Positions 25,200-39,018 of a stretch of DNA of 64,000 nucleotides are shown piece by piece (within the stretch, counting starts at the first letter, position 1; each line of letters begins with the position of its first letter). The stretch lies in NCBI GenBank assembly GCA_951406725.2, contig OX597818.1:100192001-100256000 (forward strand), given 5' to 3'. The notes below the pieces were generated by a model. The model was given only the letters and a program-made list of their open reading frames with translations, did not search any database and was not told the origin of the DNA. The position numbers and the translations under genes were made by a program. The DNA is from Octopus vulgaris. Taxonomy: Eukaryota.

Positions 25200-26283
25200 G
25201 AGGTCTGTATAGAGACGATGCCTTATTTGCTATATCTGGCTCCTCCTCACAAGCAACTGGTAGGATAAAGAACAAATTAATTAAATTTTTTTTTTGAAGT
25301 CATACAACTTCGATATCATATCCGAAAATGTCACTAAATGTGTTAACATATTGGACGTAACATTAAATCTAGATAACGGCTTATTCTATCCTTCACCTTG
25401 AGCCTAATAAAATTATTAAGTATATCCACGTCCTACGAAATCATTCCCCAAAGTCTCATTAAGTGGATAATCAAAGGTATGACGATAAGAATATCTGAGT
25501 TATCCGCAAATGAATAGATCTTCGATGATTGTGCACCTCACTATAATACGGCATTAAAAGACACTGGATTCAATACGAAAATATATCATATTAAGAACAA
25601 AATATTTAAAAACAAATTAGGCAAACGTTTTCCAAATATTGCGAATTTAAACATCAGCACACTTCCCATAAACAATACTACCGAATATAGGAACCAAAAA
25701 CATTTTAGTAAATACTCTAATTTATTTAATGATAATAACAACAACTATACGGGGTAGAATAGGAGCAGCTCGGGGAGGAGATGGAAAATTATATGGTTCA
25801 CACCTCTCTTTTCCCTCCAGGTCAGAAAGCTCCTTAACATTTTTTAGGATTATTGATAGAAACTTACCACTAGGTCATAGTATCATTCCATATTTAATAG
25901 ATCCTGCCTCAAAAATATCGTACTCGATCACACCCAATCTAGGATCTATAATGGTGGCCAACATTAGACTTAAACTTAGAAAAAATAGTATTAATGGAGA
26001 TGATAATATAGCTGACCTTCATACAAAGAATAATAATAAGAACCCTGATGCTAAAAATAGAAAGGGTAAACCTGGAAATATAACATACACTTGTCGTAAT
26101 AGAGAGCTATGCCCCTTGAAAGGAATCTGTTTAAGGAGAAATGTGGTATTTAAAGTTGAGGATTCAACCTTTAATTAACCTAAAAAGATATACATAGGAA
26201 GTACGACTGATTTTTAAGATTAGATATAAGGCACACACAAATTCATTTATCAACCAAGAAACAAAAACTTTAACCACACTAAC
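25200..26283 (+). mobile_element. Penelope-like element fragment: RT C-terminus, linker and GIY-YIG endonuclease (pseudogenised)
   Basis: VNILDVTLNL, IWFTP, KISYSITPNL, TCRNRELCPLKGICLRRNVVFKV and KKIYIGST read across frameshifts. Confidence 0.88.
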
Positions 26284-26601
26284 AGTGACACTGCGTGGCA
26301 GCTTAGTCGAGTGTACCCTACTATAGACGTTGGCCGACCAAAATCTCCCGAGGAGTCTTGAAAGTCCGAAATTACCAGAAGGAATTACTGAAAGAATTTA
26401 TGCATGTATGTGTGTTTTTGTGCTTGTATGTGTAAAACACTACGCACAACAAATGGTGCTGGATTGTTTAACTTCTCTTAAACTAGCGTTTCTGAAATAA
26501 GAGGCCGATAAAATAATTACCAGGTTGACGAAACGAAATAAGAAAGAAAACATTTCTAGAGTCTGTTTGACTGTAGTTTAATGACTGAGAAAAGTAAAAG
26601 A
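26284..26601 (+). mobile_element. Decayed SINE type A
   Basis: ACTGCGTGGCA...GGCCGACCAAA...GCCGATAAAATAATTACCAGG...AATGACTGAGAAAAGTAAAAGA. Confidence 0.6.
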
Positions 26602-26773
26602 TGTAAGATGTTTAGATACATCTATGAATAGTGTGAGTTCCGATTCAGCTAGATTGGTCTTTTCCATGAATTTATTCACTCCAGATCTAATAAGCATGAG
26701 TAATATAATGCATCATTTTTCTAAGCTTTTGCAGAGCTTCTGAGAAATGTCAATTCCATATTGCATCGGGAGT

Positions 26774-26775
26774 AA

Positions 26776-26813
<38 letters not shown>

Positions 26814-27058
26814 TGAGTTGATGATTTTGAGGAGGAGAAGAAAAGGGAGGTGAGATATTACAGTTGCAGCGTCCGTACAGTTATTATTTAGAATATCTAT
26901 GACCAAAGACACTTAATCCGTGGCTATGTCGTCTAGCTTGATTATCAAGAAGTCTACAATGACTAATGTGTCCTTTCTCAGTTCGAAACCGAATGTTCAA
27001 TATTTACGTATGGCTTTGTTATTTCTTGTATATCAAACGGTCACCTTCAGAAAATATT

Positions 27059-27096
<38 letters not shown>

Positions 27097-27130
27097 GGTG
27101 GTGGTGGTTCTTGTTTTAGCAGCAGCAGCA
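26774..27130. repeat. (AGT)n, (GGT)n and (AGC)n microsatellite runs
   Basis: Runs at 26774-26813 and 27058-27130. Confidence 0.9.
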
Positions 27131-27894
27131 TTATTTGTAGAATTAGTCGCGGCAGCCGAAGCAGTACCAGTAGCAGTATTGTTATTAACAGTGGCATTGT
27201 TATAAGTAGTGTTTGTAGCTGAGTTTGTTTGCATTGTTCTTGTTGATGTTGCGTGCATTGTTGTGTTAGAAACACTATCATTTAGACACCGAGGACATTA
27301 CTAACAACCAAATAAACATTAGTAAGATTAACTTTCAGAGACAAACACAGCGAGCGCAAATTGCACGAGTAACTAGGTTTGTGCTTTGTAATAGTAATTA
27401 ATAATTGCCGAAGTCATAGCCGTGATGCATAGTCAAACACACTTTTGAACTAATAGGACTAGTAATGGTACTAAAGAATATAATGATGTTTAAATTCAGA
27501 GGTGTCTTTACATAAGTGAGACATCATGAAAGACATTTGTGTCATGACTGAGGCAAATTCCATTATTGCGTATCAGGTGCTACATTATCAGTACCTTTTC
27601 AGCAATTTAGAATATAATTTGGGGTGACGCTGGTTGTTAATTTGCGTTAAGCCTTCAATGGCTCTTATTGAATGTCTGTTCGAAGCATTTTCATAGTTAT
27701 TTCTTTGGGTAACAGTTGGGAGTATAGGATTTCAGTATATAGAATACGTCGTTGATATTTATTACATCGACCCTACAAAGATGAAAAGCCAAGTCAATGG
27801 CATTTCATCTTTGATCATATTATTTTCACTATTTCCCTAAGTTATAGTGCATACAAAGACGCATATACGCATCTATCCATCCACCATCCATCCA

Positions 27895-27926
<32 letters not shown>

Positions 27927-27939
27927 ATCGTGCATTATC

Positions 27940-27984
<45 letters not shown>

Positions 27985-28202
27985 ATTTGTCTATATGTCT
28001 GTCTGTCTTTTTTCTGTCTGCATACAATAACGTAGTATATATGTGTGTTTGTGTGTGTGTGTGTATGTATATATGCATATACATATGTATATATATATAT
28101 ATACATATGTTTATATATACATTATATATATGTGTGTGTGTGTGTTGGTGTATACATTATATATATATATATGTATATATATATATACATATGTATATAT
28201 AT

Positions 28203-28297
28203 GGGATTCGGTCCCACTGTGTGGAAACTTGGGCTGTTTATTCTATTATAGCTCCGGGCCGACAAATTACTTGCAGGTGGATCAGTTTGTCGGAGAC
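28203..28297 (+). mobile_element. SINE type A 5' fragment
   Basis: GGATTCGGTCCCACTGTGTGGAAACTTGGGC...CGGGCCGAC. Confidence 0.6.
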
Positions 28298-28994
28298 ATA
28301 CATACATACATACATATAAAGGAGATGGGGGGAGGGGGTAAAGATTGACATATGGATACATAATGATGCGGGTATTTATGTATGTTTGAATGTTTGTATT
28401 ACGTCATATTGTTATATTTATGAAATTAAAATCGTGGCTACTATAACAAAATGACTTGCCACTGCATCAGAAAGAATGTTTCTATCTTTCGGACTCTACT
28501 AATGAATTTGAATTACAGATCTGCAATTAACAATAGTATAGTTAATAACGATAGAATGTTTAATAATGTATTATTACTGAAGAAGCTGCTGTTGTGGTCG
28601 TTGTCTTTTCTTCGGCATGTATAAAACTCTGTAGACACACAGTTAATGCCAGGTTTTATGACGACAGAAGCCAATACATCATGGACTGTAACATCAATGG
28701 CATCAATATAACTAGTAGCAAGCAGAAACAGAAATTGTCTTTGACTACAACAGCGAAGATGTGAAAATGTGTGTTCATAAGTGTGAGGTGTTTCATTAGC
28801 TTTGTGCATTGGAAAGAGAGATCGAGAGAGTGTGTGTATGTGTGAGAGAGAAAGAGAGTGTGTGTGTGTGATAAAGATGGGAATAGACGGAGATGAGCAG
28901 AAATACATAGGGATATGTGATATGTCATATGATATATGCGTGTTGTACAAAAGTGTCATACAAGCACATAAGTATACAGTAATGAAATTACACA

Positions 28995-29175
28995 TCTGCT
29001 GTTGGTGATTTCTTTTTCCTCTTTGGACATTTCCCTTTCTCCGTTCCGATGAAGAGTTATGCTCGAAACATCAAAAACTCTCTCGGTTTACTGAGCATCA
29101 AAGCTAATACATTCATTGTGCACGTCACCTTGTTCTTCGTTGTTGTTGATTTTATCGTTCCTTTATTTGGTTTGA

Positions 29176-29179
<4 letters not shown>
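28995..29179 (+). mobile_element. Short Penelope-like insert with hammerhead-like motif
   Basis: CCGATGA-A-GAG-TTATG-CTC-GAAA-CA-TC (29046-29072); downstream CTGAGC...AATAC...CACGT shared with 32229 and 33990 copies; ends at (TA)n. Confidence 0.65.
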
Positions 29180-29219
<40 letters not shown>

Positions 29220-29223
29220 ATTA

Positions 29224-29464
29224 GAGAAAAACCACTATTATATAATTCAAACAATGATAGACACAACCCAAATCATAAAGAACAAATAAAATGTATTATA
29301 AAACATATAACTAGATCGCAAAAAGTGCAAACAATGAATAAACAATATATAATAAGTAAAAAGACTGTGATCTAGTTATATTTTTTATAATATATTTTAG
29401 TTTTTCTTTTACGATTTTGGTTTATGTCTATCATTGTTTGAATTACATAATATTAGTTTTTCTC
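29224..29464. repeat. Imperfect inverted repeat, about 97-bp arms, between (TA)n tracts
   Basis: 29224-29320 is the reverse complement of 29366-29464 (e.g. TAATTCAAACAATGATAGAC / GTCTATCATTGTTTGAATTA). Confidence 0.9.
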
Positions 29465-29534
29465 AACTTCATATATATTATATATTTATATTGTGAAATT
29501 TGATTAAATACTAAATTGAATTTTTCCCTGTAAG

Positions 29535-29598
<64 letters not shown>

Positions 29599-30815
29599 CG
29601 CATAGGTTGTAGATGAGTGCTTATGTATCCTTACATACATGCATAAATATAAACACACGATTACACACATACTCATACACAATCTCGCGCGCATGCATAC
29701 ACTCACACACATTACACATATGTCTTGAAAGTATGTCTTGGAATCTATCTAATATTTTAATACATTTAGCTCAACTTGTGTTAGAGAATACACTTGTTAT
29801 AGATTATTAACACCATAGCATTTCCATTTTAGTAAACTCCTCTGCCTTTGTATACATGCGTGATTATCAGATTTAGCACTCGTTTAAGTGAACAAATACT
29901 TGATGCATATTTACCAAGTAGATCATAACTCTGTACAATGAGATGTGGCACAGTTCTCTCTCTAATTTTCTCTCTATCAATAAAATTCCTTCTCACAGAG
30001 CGTTTTTTCTCAATGTGTGTGTGTGTATATTCTTGGCTATTTTTCTCTTAACGCTAATAATATAGATTTATATTTTCGTAAATTTAAATACAATATCACC
30101 TTCATTTTGTTGTGCTACAGTTGAAAATATATTTTACACGCTGTATATTCAATGACACTTAGTACGAATCTGTAGATTGAATGCTATATTTATGCTGAAA
30201 ATAGTCATAACTATTATGGCACACTGTTGAAATTGAGAATTATGCAATCATAATATGATCTCAATAACTGTAAAAGCTTCTCATCGCTAACCAGCGACAG
30301 ATCTACGAGCCAACAAAAATCTACAAAAATATACTCTTAGCCTTTTTTATAATATATTTAATACTTAATGGAATTATAGGTTTTCTATGTAGCATCTCAT
30401 TCAAGTACGACGATATTTAGCAGTTAACTACCGAGTTATCTCTCTCTCCAGCTTCCTTTCTCTGTCTGTCATTCTGTCTATCGATTTATCAATTAAGTTC
30501 TTTGGTTGCTCTCTCAACAAAAATGTCTTAATATTATTTTGAATTATTTTCCCTCTCTCCCATCTTTCATTCTTAAGCTCATGTGCAGAACTTAAATCAC
30601 TCTCGCCTTTAATGGAAAGCATGTTACATAATTTGGTTAGCTTGCGATAATTCCAAATAGAATGCGAAATTAAGAAATCTTAAGGAAATAATTTCCTTGG
30701 ACACTTCTTTAACATTTTGATCAAACTGAAATGCCACTGCTTATTATCTGGGTCATTTGTTCAGTGGTTGCCATTTGCTATATCCGGTAAAATACTATTT
30801 TATGTAATATTATTT

Positions 30816-31221
30816 TATTCTTTTATTGGTTTTAGTCATTTGACTGTGGCCATGCAGGAGCACCACTTTTAGTCGAAACAATTGACCCAGCAGATATTCT
30901 TAGTAACCCTACTACTTATTCTATCGCTCTCTTTTGCCGAACCACTATAATACGGGGACGTAAACACATCATCGTTCGTCAAGCGACAGTGGGTGGGGGG
31001 GCAAACATGAGCACACAAACACACCCACCCACACACACGCACGTACAGGCACATATATATATAAATGGTCTCTTTCAGTTTGCGTCTACCAAATTCATTC
31101 ACAAGATTTTGGTCGGCCCAAGGCTATAATAGAAGACATTTGCTCAAGGTGCCACACAGTGGGACTGAACCCAGAAACATGAGGTTGAGAAACAAGCTTC
31201 TTGCCACACAGCCACGCCTGT
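30816..31221 (-). mobile_element. tRNA-derived SINE type A
   Basis: Reverse complement of the 51517 copy over its full length. Confidence 0.92.
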
Positions 31222-32178
31222 AGGAACTCCTTATATTTCGCATATTTTATTATCCATTTGCAGGGGTGGAGTCATTTCTTAGTTCGGTAAAATGGAAATA
31301 TATTCATACTGTTACTGTTAGTATTTTTGTTTAAGTTGTGTTCGAAATTTTTTTCAGATAATAATGTGTATTGATGTCCATAAACTGCGTGTTTTCGTAG
31401 TGCTAACGCTCACAGATGCTACTCACCAAATATTAAACAACAGCGATCTGTTCTGCATTATCGATGATACCCGATACATGTATACGAAATACCGAATTTT
31501 GCTCACGAAATCACATTCAGAAGCCTGGGGGTAAATTCGATGGTATGCATTTTTACACTTTCTTTACTAAAATACTTCTTCGTAAAGATCTAACTTTGAT
31601 TAAGATTCTTTTTGTTTCTGCAAGTCATCTTTGTTACAAAAAAAGAAAGATTCTATTGGAATGTATTATAAAGCACAATCTAGCAAAATTATTGCACCCT
31701 GCATTTAGTATATTTTGCATGAGATTAGAGTAATGAGGCATCGGTCTTTTTACTCTTTTACGATAAGAACGGCCACAAATGAAGTGGTTAGATGCACCAA
31801 AGATTCCATAACGTTAACTAAAGCAATAGATTTAGGAATTAAAACCGATACTAATCTTAGTATATTTAAATTTAGCTAAAAATAAATATTGCAGTGAAGG
31901 AAAACTTAATTGCAAATTATTTTATGCAAATACGAAATCCGACTATCGACTCAATATTCGAAGAACTTTTATCCTTAGTGTTAGTAAGCGTATCTCTTCA
32001 TTATCTTTAGACTAAACTGTGCTTCTTGTTACTACAATTTGACGGTAATTAGAGTATCAAGAATAAAATACACCTAGATAATGAAACTCACAAAAATCTT
32101 TCCAACAATATAAATTGGTTCTTATATGATTAGCTTTGGTTTCTGGTTTAAATTTTGCTCATACCCAAAACTTAAATA

Positions 32179-32228
<50 letters not shown>

Positions 32229-32232
<4 letters not shown>

Positions 32233-32410
32233 ATCCAAACATGAACAAAGAGAAAACACAACAACGTGAGGACGTGGAACGAATATAGTGTTCTTGGACG
32301 CTCAGGAAATGAAAGAAAGAAGGAGGATTTAACGTTTCGAATGTAGATCTTCGTCAGAAACATAGAAAAAGGAAAAGTCAAAGGAAGGGAACACGGAGAA
32401 AAATAAATCA
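32229..32410 (-). mobile_element. Short Penelope-like insert with hammerhead core
   Basis: Minus strand GTTT-CTGACGA-AGATCTACATTC-GAAA-CG-TT-AAAT (32361-32327); abuts (TA)n. Confidence 0.7.
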
Positions 32411-33929
32411 TATATGTTATCATATGTGGAATGTAGATCACAATATTTATAAAATCTGTTACCTCCATCTGTGCATTCCACTAAATATAATGAGGCACTT
32501 CGCAATTGTGGCTTTAGAGATAAAACGCCATTCACCTTCCGTTCTAGTGTTTCTAAGCGTAAAAATAAACAAAGAAATATTATTTGATGTAAAACAGATT
32601 CCTACGAAAATTTATTGGCAATGAATTTCTGAATTTTGATACATTTCATTCACCAATGAATTACTGATATCAAAAGATATCAAACCGGACCTCAATTGAC
32701 AATTTGAATTCCTATAATATTTATTAGCACAAAATACTGCAATTTATTATCTCCTAATTGCGCTATTGTAGACAAGTATTTCTCAGAAGTAATCGTCTTT
32801 TAGAAGTTTTAATTTATCATCATGAAGGTCACGGATTCGTTAATTATATGCTTAAGACTTTTTATCAACATATTTGTGACTCTAATAAAAGGTGCACAAA
32901 GAACCTTTCTAAAGAAAATTTAGGTTAAAATAAATATCCGGTGGGATATAAAATAGAAAGCTGGCGCATATTTTCACATATAGGCATTAGAAATTGTTCA
33001 GCAAATTGTGAATAAGGGAAGTACAATCCTTCTCTCTTAAAATATTCATGTTTTAAAAGAAAAACATATGACAGCTGACTGTTCTAAGCTTTAAAAGTGT
33101 GTATTATTTTCTGCATATATTTCATGAATATTAAAAAACATTTAAGATTATGTTGAAGTTATCCACTGTTTCCAATGTTGTATATTTGTTTTTAATACGT
33201 CTAAAAATTTCATTTCAAAATTTATATATATTTGCTCTTAAACGCTTATAATTTAATATTATTGCACATATATTTATAGATTTTCATATCTTTTACGTAT
33301 TATTCATATAGAACTTTATTTTACATTGATTTGCGTAAACTCGGGGATTCTAACTTTACTAAATCCCTCCCTAGTTTTTCAAAGAAATAAAATAAGTGAA
33401 ACGGTTATAATGTGTCTTAAGAGGATCATATTTTCTCGCATATCCAGGTACTTGCTCTCTGGATGACAAGCAACTCTTCACTCTGTCCATGACTCAAATA
33501 TTAAATATTCTATTCTTCATAATGTCTCGTAGAAGAACTTACATAGGCCTGTATAAAAGTTTGCGTCTGTATTTTCAATTAATTGTATAATTCAATGTAT
33601 TTGTATCCCGTTGCAACATAAAACAAACTCTGAATGTTTTGAGTATTCCAAATCATATTTGATGAACAGTTGTTAGAAAGAACTTGTTGACTTATTTTAA
33701 ATTGTTACTCCAAGAACACGTCAAATATTTCTCATGCAGTACCGCGACAGACAGTGAAAAACAAAAATATGCATTTAGCAACACAAGGTACGAAGGCAAA
33801 CAGCTGTTATAATTTGCTAATGATATTATGCAAGGTTACCTCAAGGTAAATAAACTGAAAATAAATTCCTGTAGTGCATTCATAGTTTATACATTTCTCA
33901 AATAAACTCTCTCTCTCTCTCTCTCTCTC

Positions 33930-33985
<56 letters not shown>

Positions 33986-33989
33986 ATCC

Positions 33990-34182
33990 ACATGTAAATC
34001 GTTGGTGATTTTCTTCCACCGTCTTTCTTTTCTATTCGACTTTCCTCTGTTTCTGAAGAAGAGCTCTGCTCGAAATGTTAAACCATATTTCTTTCCTTCC
34101 CTGAGCGTCTGCTAATACTTTACATGTACCACGTGATCGTGTTGTTTTTTGTGTTTGTGCTTCGATTCTTATTTACTGTTTA
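33990..34182 (+). mobile_element. Short Penelope-like insert carrying an intact minimal hammerhead motif
   Basis: Between (TA)n(TG)n and (TA)n; homologous to the 28995 and 32229 copies. Confidence 0.7.
34049..34083 (+). ncRNA. Candidate minimal type I hammerhead ribozyme
   Basis: Helix I GUUU/AAAC, core CUGAAGA (+A), helix II GAGC-UCU-GCUC, GAAA, minimal helix III A-UG-U, cleavage triplet GUU. Folded by eye only. Confidence 0.6.
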
Positions 34183-34339
34183 TATATACGTATATATATA
34201 AACATACATAAATACATACACATATATATATATATACATACATAAATACATACACACACACACACATATATATATATACATACATAAATACATACACACA
34301 CACATATACATATATATATATATATATACATAAATACAT

Positions 34340-34378
<39 letters not shown>

Positions 34379-36119
34379 CACATACATGCATATATAAGTG
34401 TTTGACATTGAGGCACTCGTATGGACAATGTACAAACTTACTACGCCAATTGGATTTGAAAGGATGATAAACGCAGCAATTATAAAATCAATGGTCTCAT
34501 TGTAAAACATGCATCACTTTACAGTAATGGCCCGGAAGTTGCAAGACTTGTCACCCGATGGCATTTTGTTACGACATTTTACATAGCAATTTTCAGGAAA
34601 AGAGTTGAATTCTAGACATAGGTAAACACCCTGTCAAAAGTCATTGAAAAATTTCCAGGTATAGACTAGCTGTAATGGTTTATTTCAAAATGATGGATTT
34701 ATATTCCTTAAAACGTGGTAAGAAAATCACTAAATTTACTTATTCATAAACAATAGAAGTTCATTAAGAAGATATATCTCACGTATTTGACTCGTTTTAG
34801 ATATACGAAAATATGTGTACTTTGCACATAAAGAGAGGAATTTATCATGTTTTACATGTATCAATTGAAAAGATGAATATGTGACGCAGTTGCTAAAGGA
34901 TTTTTGGTAATACAACAAACGTCGACGGAAAATCTCGTCAACGAGTTTCCAAATATTTTTGAGAATATATTTTCACTGTACTTGATAATCGAGAACATAA
35001 TACGCGGATTTAGTACTCGAATATTCTTATCTATGTATGTAAGTATATTTATATATATATATATATACATATATATACATACACACACACACACATATAT
35101 ATACCCACATATATATCATATCATTATTTATACACACACACACACATATATATATATGTATGTACCTATATATATTATATTACATAATATTATATTATAT
35201 TATATATATACATATCTATTATATATCCACTGGAATATATAATATGAGCGTAGGTGTTTGCACGAAAATGCAGACACATCGTATACAGATATTGAAATAT
35301 ATGCACACATAATGTATAGATGAGAGAATTATTCCAATGGTGATATTTTCCGAGATATGGAGATTCATTTCGTTTTACAGTTCAAAGAATTGCTTTATAT
35401 CAATAATGCATTTTTCTAAATTTTCAATAACTGAGTTTTAAGAGAAGCCTTACTCCGAATTTAGGATTTCTGCTGATAACGTCGATAGTGTTCATATGAA
35501 CATATTTCTCCGTCAGATATAGTAAATGCTCCTATAAGGAAATAATTATAAGCTTTCTCAATATGGAAACTATATATTGTGAGTCTTCTCACAGTTTTTT
35601 ATTTTTTCATACATCAAGTTGTTTTTATGTCATTTGTGGTTGTTTTTAATTTATTGATTTTGTTGGTTTATTCTATGGTGGTAAATGGAATGTCTATTTT
35701 TTTCCTTTCCTCTTCTTTCAGAATACTTGGAAGCAATGGAGGTAACAAGCTTATTTCTTATATTAACAGGCATCATGCCTAAAATGGACAGGTATATTAA
35801 AATGTATCATGACAAATATATAAATTTTAAACCGATGAGTAATAAATGTTACTCACAAATAGAAATCCATATCTAGAACAATCTCCTTTTAAAACTTCAG
35901 AATTAAAATTTCCTTAATTCTTAAACTAATACAAAATATCTTTATATCTACTGGGATTTATAGATATACATAAAAACCATCGTAGTTAAAGTATCGCAAG
36001 GATCGTACATATATATTCACCAAATGCCACATATTAGAGGAGGCTTTCATTAATAACAGTGTAGCAAAAGGCGCTGCGACAGCATGGCCGCTGCTCTGAG
36101 CTGAAACTACAATAAATAA

Positions 36120-36209
<90 letters not shown>

Positions 36210-38355
36210 ATATATATATATATATATAACGTAAGAAGAACGGTGAAAGTGTGTAAAGCTTCTATAGTTATTCAGCATTCATGACTTTAGTCTTGTTATC
36301 AACATTTCAGTAATAGCTCTTTGTTCTGTTTAATCTAGGAACCTTTTGTGCTAAGATTTCGAAGTGTTAAAATTGTCACAAAATATCAAAGTGTTAAAAA
36401 ATACAATTAAAAAAAAAAAACTTAAACATTAAACCTCCACGAGTGGATGTTTCCTTGCTTATTCACTCGTTGGGATTGTTTGGTAAGTGTTATAGTAGGC
36501 GTATATTCAACAATAGAAAAGTGACAGTTTAGGAAGGGTGAGGCATGCGTCCTTTTCCTGAGAATATTAATACAATTTTTCCTCTCTTTCTGGTCTTCCG
36601 TTCTTTAAATAGATAACAAAGTTTAATGTATTAATGGACCGAGAGAGAACGGAAGTGAGAGGAACAATGTTAAGGTGACAAAGTGAGCCACAAAATAGGG
36701 AGGTGTTTCTAGGTTTTGTGTGAAATTGTCACAAAGATTATGATAAAGTTACTTAATATATTTCCAATATATGTTATTTGTAATGTTGACGATGTAAAAT
36801 ATGAAATGTTACATTATAATTAACCAGTTAACTTCTGTAGGGAAGGAAAAAGTTACGTCCCAACATCACGATCCACTTTATCGTAACAGCTTCTGACAAG
36901 TGAAAATTTTATTATGAATAATTGTTCTGTATATACATTTTTTTAGAAACAATAATTAATTTAACAGGCTCATAGTTTTATTTGCGAAAGGTTGAAAAAC
37001 TAAAATGGAAATAAAAACGGAGAAATATATGAAACGTTAATGAAACTGATGTTCTCAAGTGAATGCGTTTATCTAATTAAAAATTAAAATATAAGTTCTT
37101 CAATATCTAAGCTTATTTCCAAGGCAGTTCGTTTCAAATGCTGATATTGCATCAATGATGAAATAGTCAGAACTCTGATATATGTCATCAGATGTTTGAT
37201 AGATGATGCCGAACAGACCAAGAGAATAGAAAATTAAAAAAAATAATATTAAAATAAAATTAGAAACATCTCTCTTCTTATTCAATAACTGATTTACACC
37301 TGTTGTTGTAATGACATCTACTATAGAACACCAGCTAAGCCAACTTTTAAGGATGTGAAAAGCTTCATAATTGATAATCTGCCAGCGAAGATTTGTTGAT
37401 CTTTTCCTTGTTTATTTTCTTTATTATTTTCCAGTCCCGTGACAGATGGGTAAATATCCATAGGATCAAAAGCTATTGGTTAGATGATCTGGCAACTTGC
37501 CAGATATATTGAATTACTTATGATCTATTTAGAATAAGATGTTTTATCTCATTTATTTACTTCAGTGTTAACGCTCAAGCTCAATGAATAGTATCAATGG
37601 CGGAAGTAAACGCTGCGTATATCTGAATGAAAGTGTATATGCGGTGGTGGAGGAAGCTGTCGAATAGATTATATTGTGGCAGCTATATATGAAAGAGTTT
37701 GAATGAAAATGTCAAAACTAGACAACGTGTCAGGAAGAGAAAGAAAAGCAAAGCGTACTTGCATATGTATCGTGTAAATGTATATTCCAAACCCTCATTC
37801 CCGAACAATCACGATATTATGCCCTTAGTTAGGAATAACAAAGGAAATATCTTAATGAATATTCCTTTCTTTGCTTTCTGAAATTAGGCAATGTTCAACA
37901 ACAACTTTGGAAGATACATAATGCATTTCGCGAATGTGTAGGTAGATATATCTGATGCATGTCTTCAATGGCAAAATATATTATGTTAAACAATACACAA
38001 TGCTAACAAGCTAGGAACGAAAGAGATTAGCATATAACAAAGAAGAAGCATCTAGGAAACGCATCTTAATAAAGAATTATGAATCTAAAGAATGTCCGGA
38101 ACATATTTTATGGTAAATTTCACGTTTTATGCACTTCTTTTGGATTTTTCCAACACAAATAATTTGAAACAATTATATATGTATATAAGTGAGATTATAC
38201 GTGTATGTATAAGCCATATAATATGCTATATTTATTGTCATATAATTGTGATATAGAATAATACACTATATACAGTAATGATAAATAATATCATGCAAAT
38301 AATGATATAAAATAGTATGCAATAATAAACAATGTAAAATAATATATATGTAAGC

Positions 38356-38656
38356 GGAGGCACATGGCTTAGTGGTTAGAGTAGCGGATTCGCGGTCCAG
38401 GGATCGCAGGTTCGAATATCAGTCCGGGCGATGTGTGCGTTTATGAGCGAAACACCTAAGCGCCATACAACTCCGGCAGAAGGTAATGACGAACATCTGC
38501 TGACTCTTTCACCACAACTTTCTCTCACTCTTTGTTCCTGCATCTTGGAGCTCACCTGCGATTGACTTCCCGTCCAGGCGGGGAACTTATACGGCAATGA
38601 AACCGGGAAGCCGGCCCTTATGAGCCAGGCATAGCTCGAGAAAGAGGAAACAACAA
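38356..38656 (+). mobile_element. tRNA-derived SINE type B
   Basis: GGAGGCACATGGCTTAGTGGTTAGAG...GGTTCGAAT; body matches 58479 and 17824. Confidence 0.92.
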
Positions 38657-38708
38657 TATAATATATGTAAGGTATATTTATGTAAAATATATAACATACA
38701 ATACACAT

Positions 38709-39018
38709 GAGGGTGCATGGCTTAGTGATTAGGGTGTTGAATTCGCGAGATTGTGGTTTCAATTCTTTGACTAGGTGAGGCGATTTTTAAAAATTATTTT
38801 AGCCAAATACTTCCTCTTACTTTGCCCCGCATTCACTTCGATACCTAATGCGTGGTACACCATGCACATGTACCTTTTCAGGCAACGTCGATTTGATGGA
38901 GTAAGTGAGCTAATGTACAGTACATAGTTTTTGATCACTATAAACAAATCATTTGTGCTAGTTGTTCGGCAAAAAGCTGAACAATCATAGGTCTTCTTCG
39001 ACAGGAGTGTCCGTCATC
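38709..39018 (+). mobile_element. tRNA-derived SINE type C
   Basis: GGTGCATGGCTTAGTGATTAGG head; body similar to 22016-22290. Confidence 0.75.

Larger units (their letters stand above)
33543..35030 (+). mobile_element. Possible ancient mariner remnant broken by microsatellites and a Penelope-like insert
   Basis: TAGGCCTGTATAAAAGTTTGCGTC resembles a mariner TIR; VKNKNMHL-like start near 33754; faint transposase-like segments 34430-35000. Confidence 0.3.

Noticed and set aside
35722-35741. Possible 20-nt micro-exon after a good polypyrimidine/CAG acceptor
   Set aside because: Weak donor (GTAACA), not frame-preserving, no supporting gene context.
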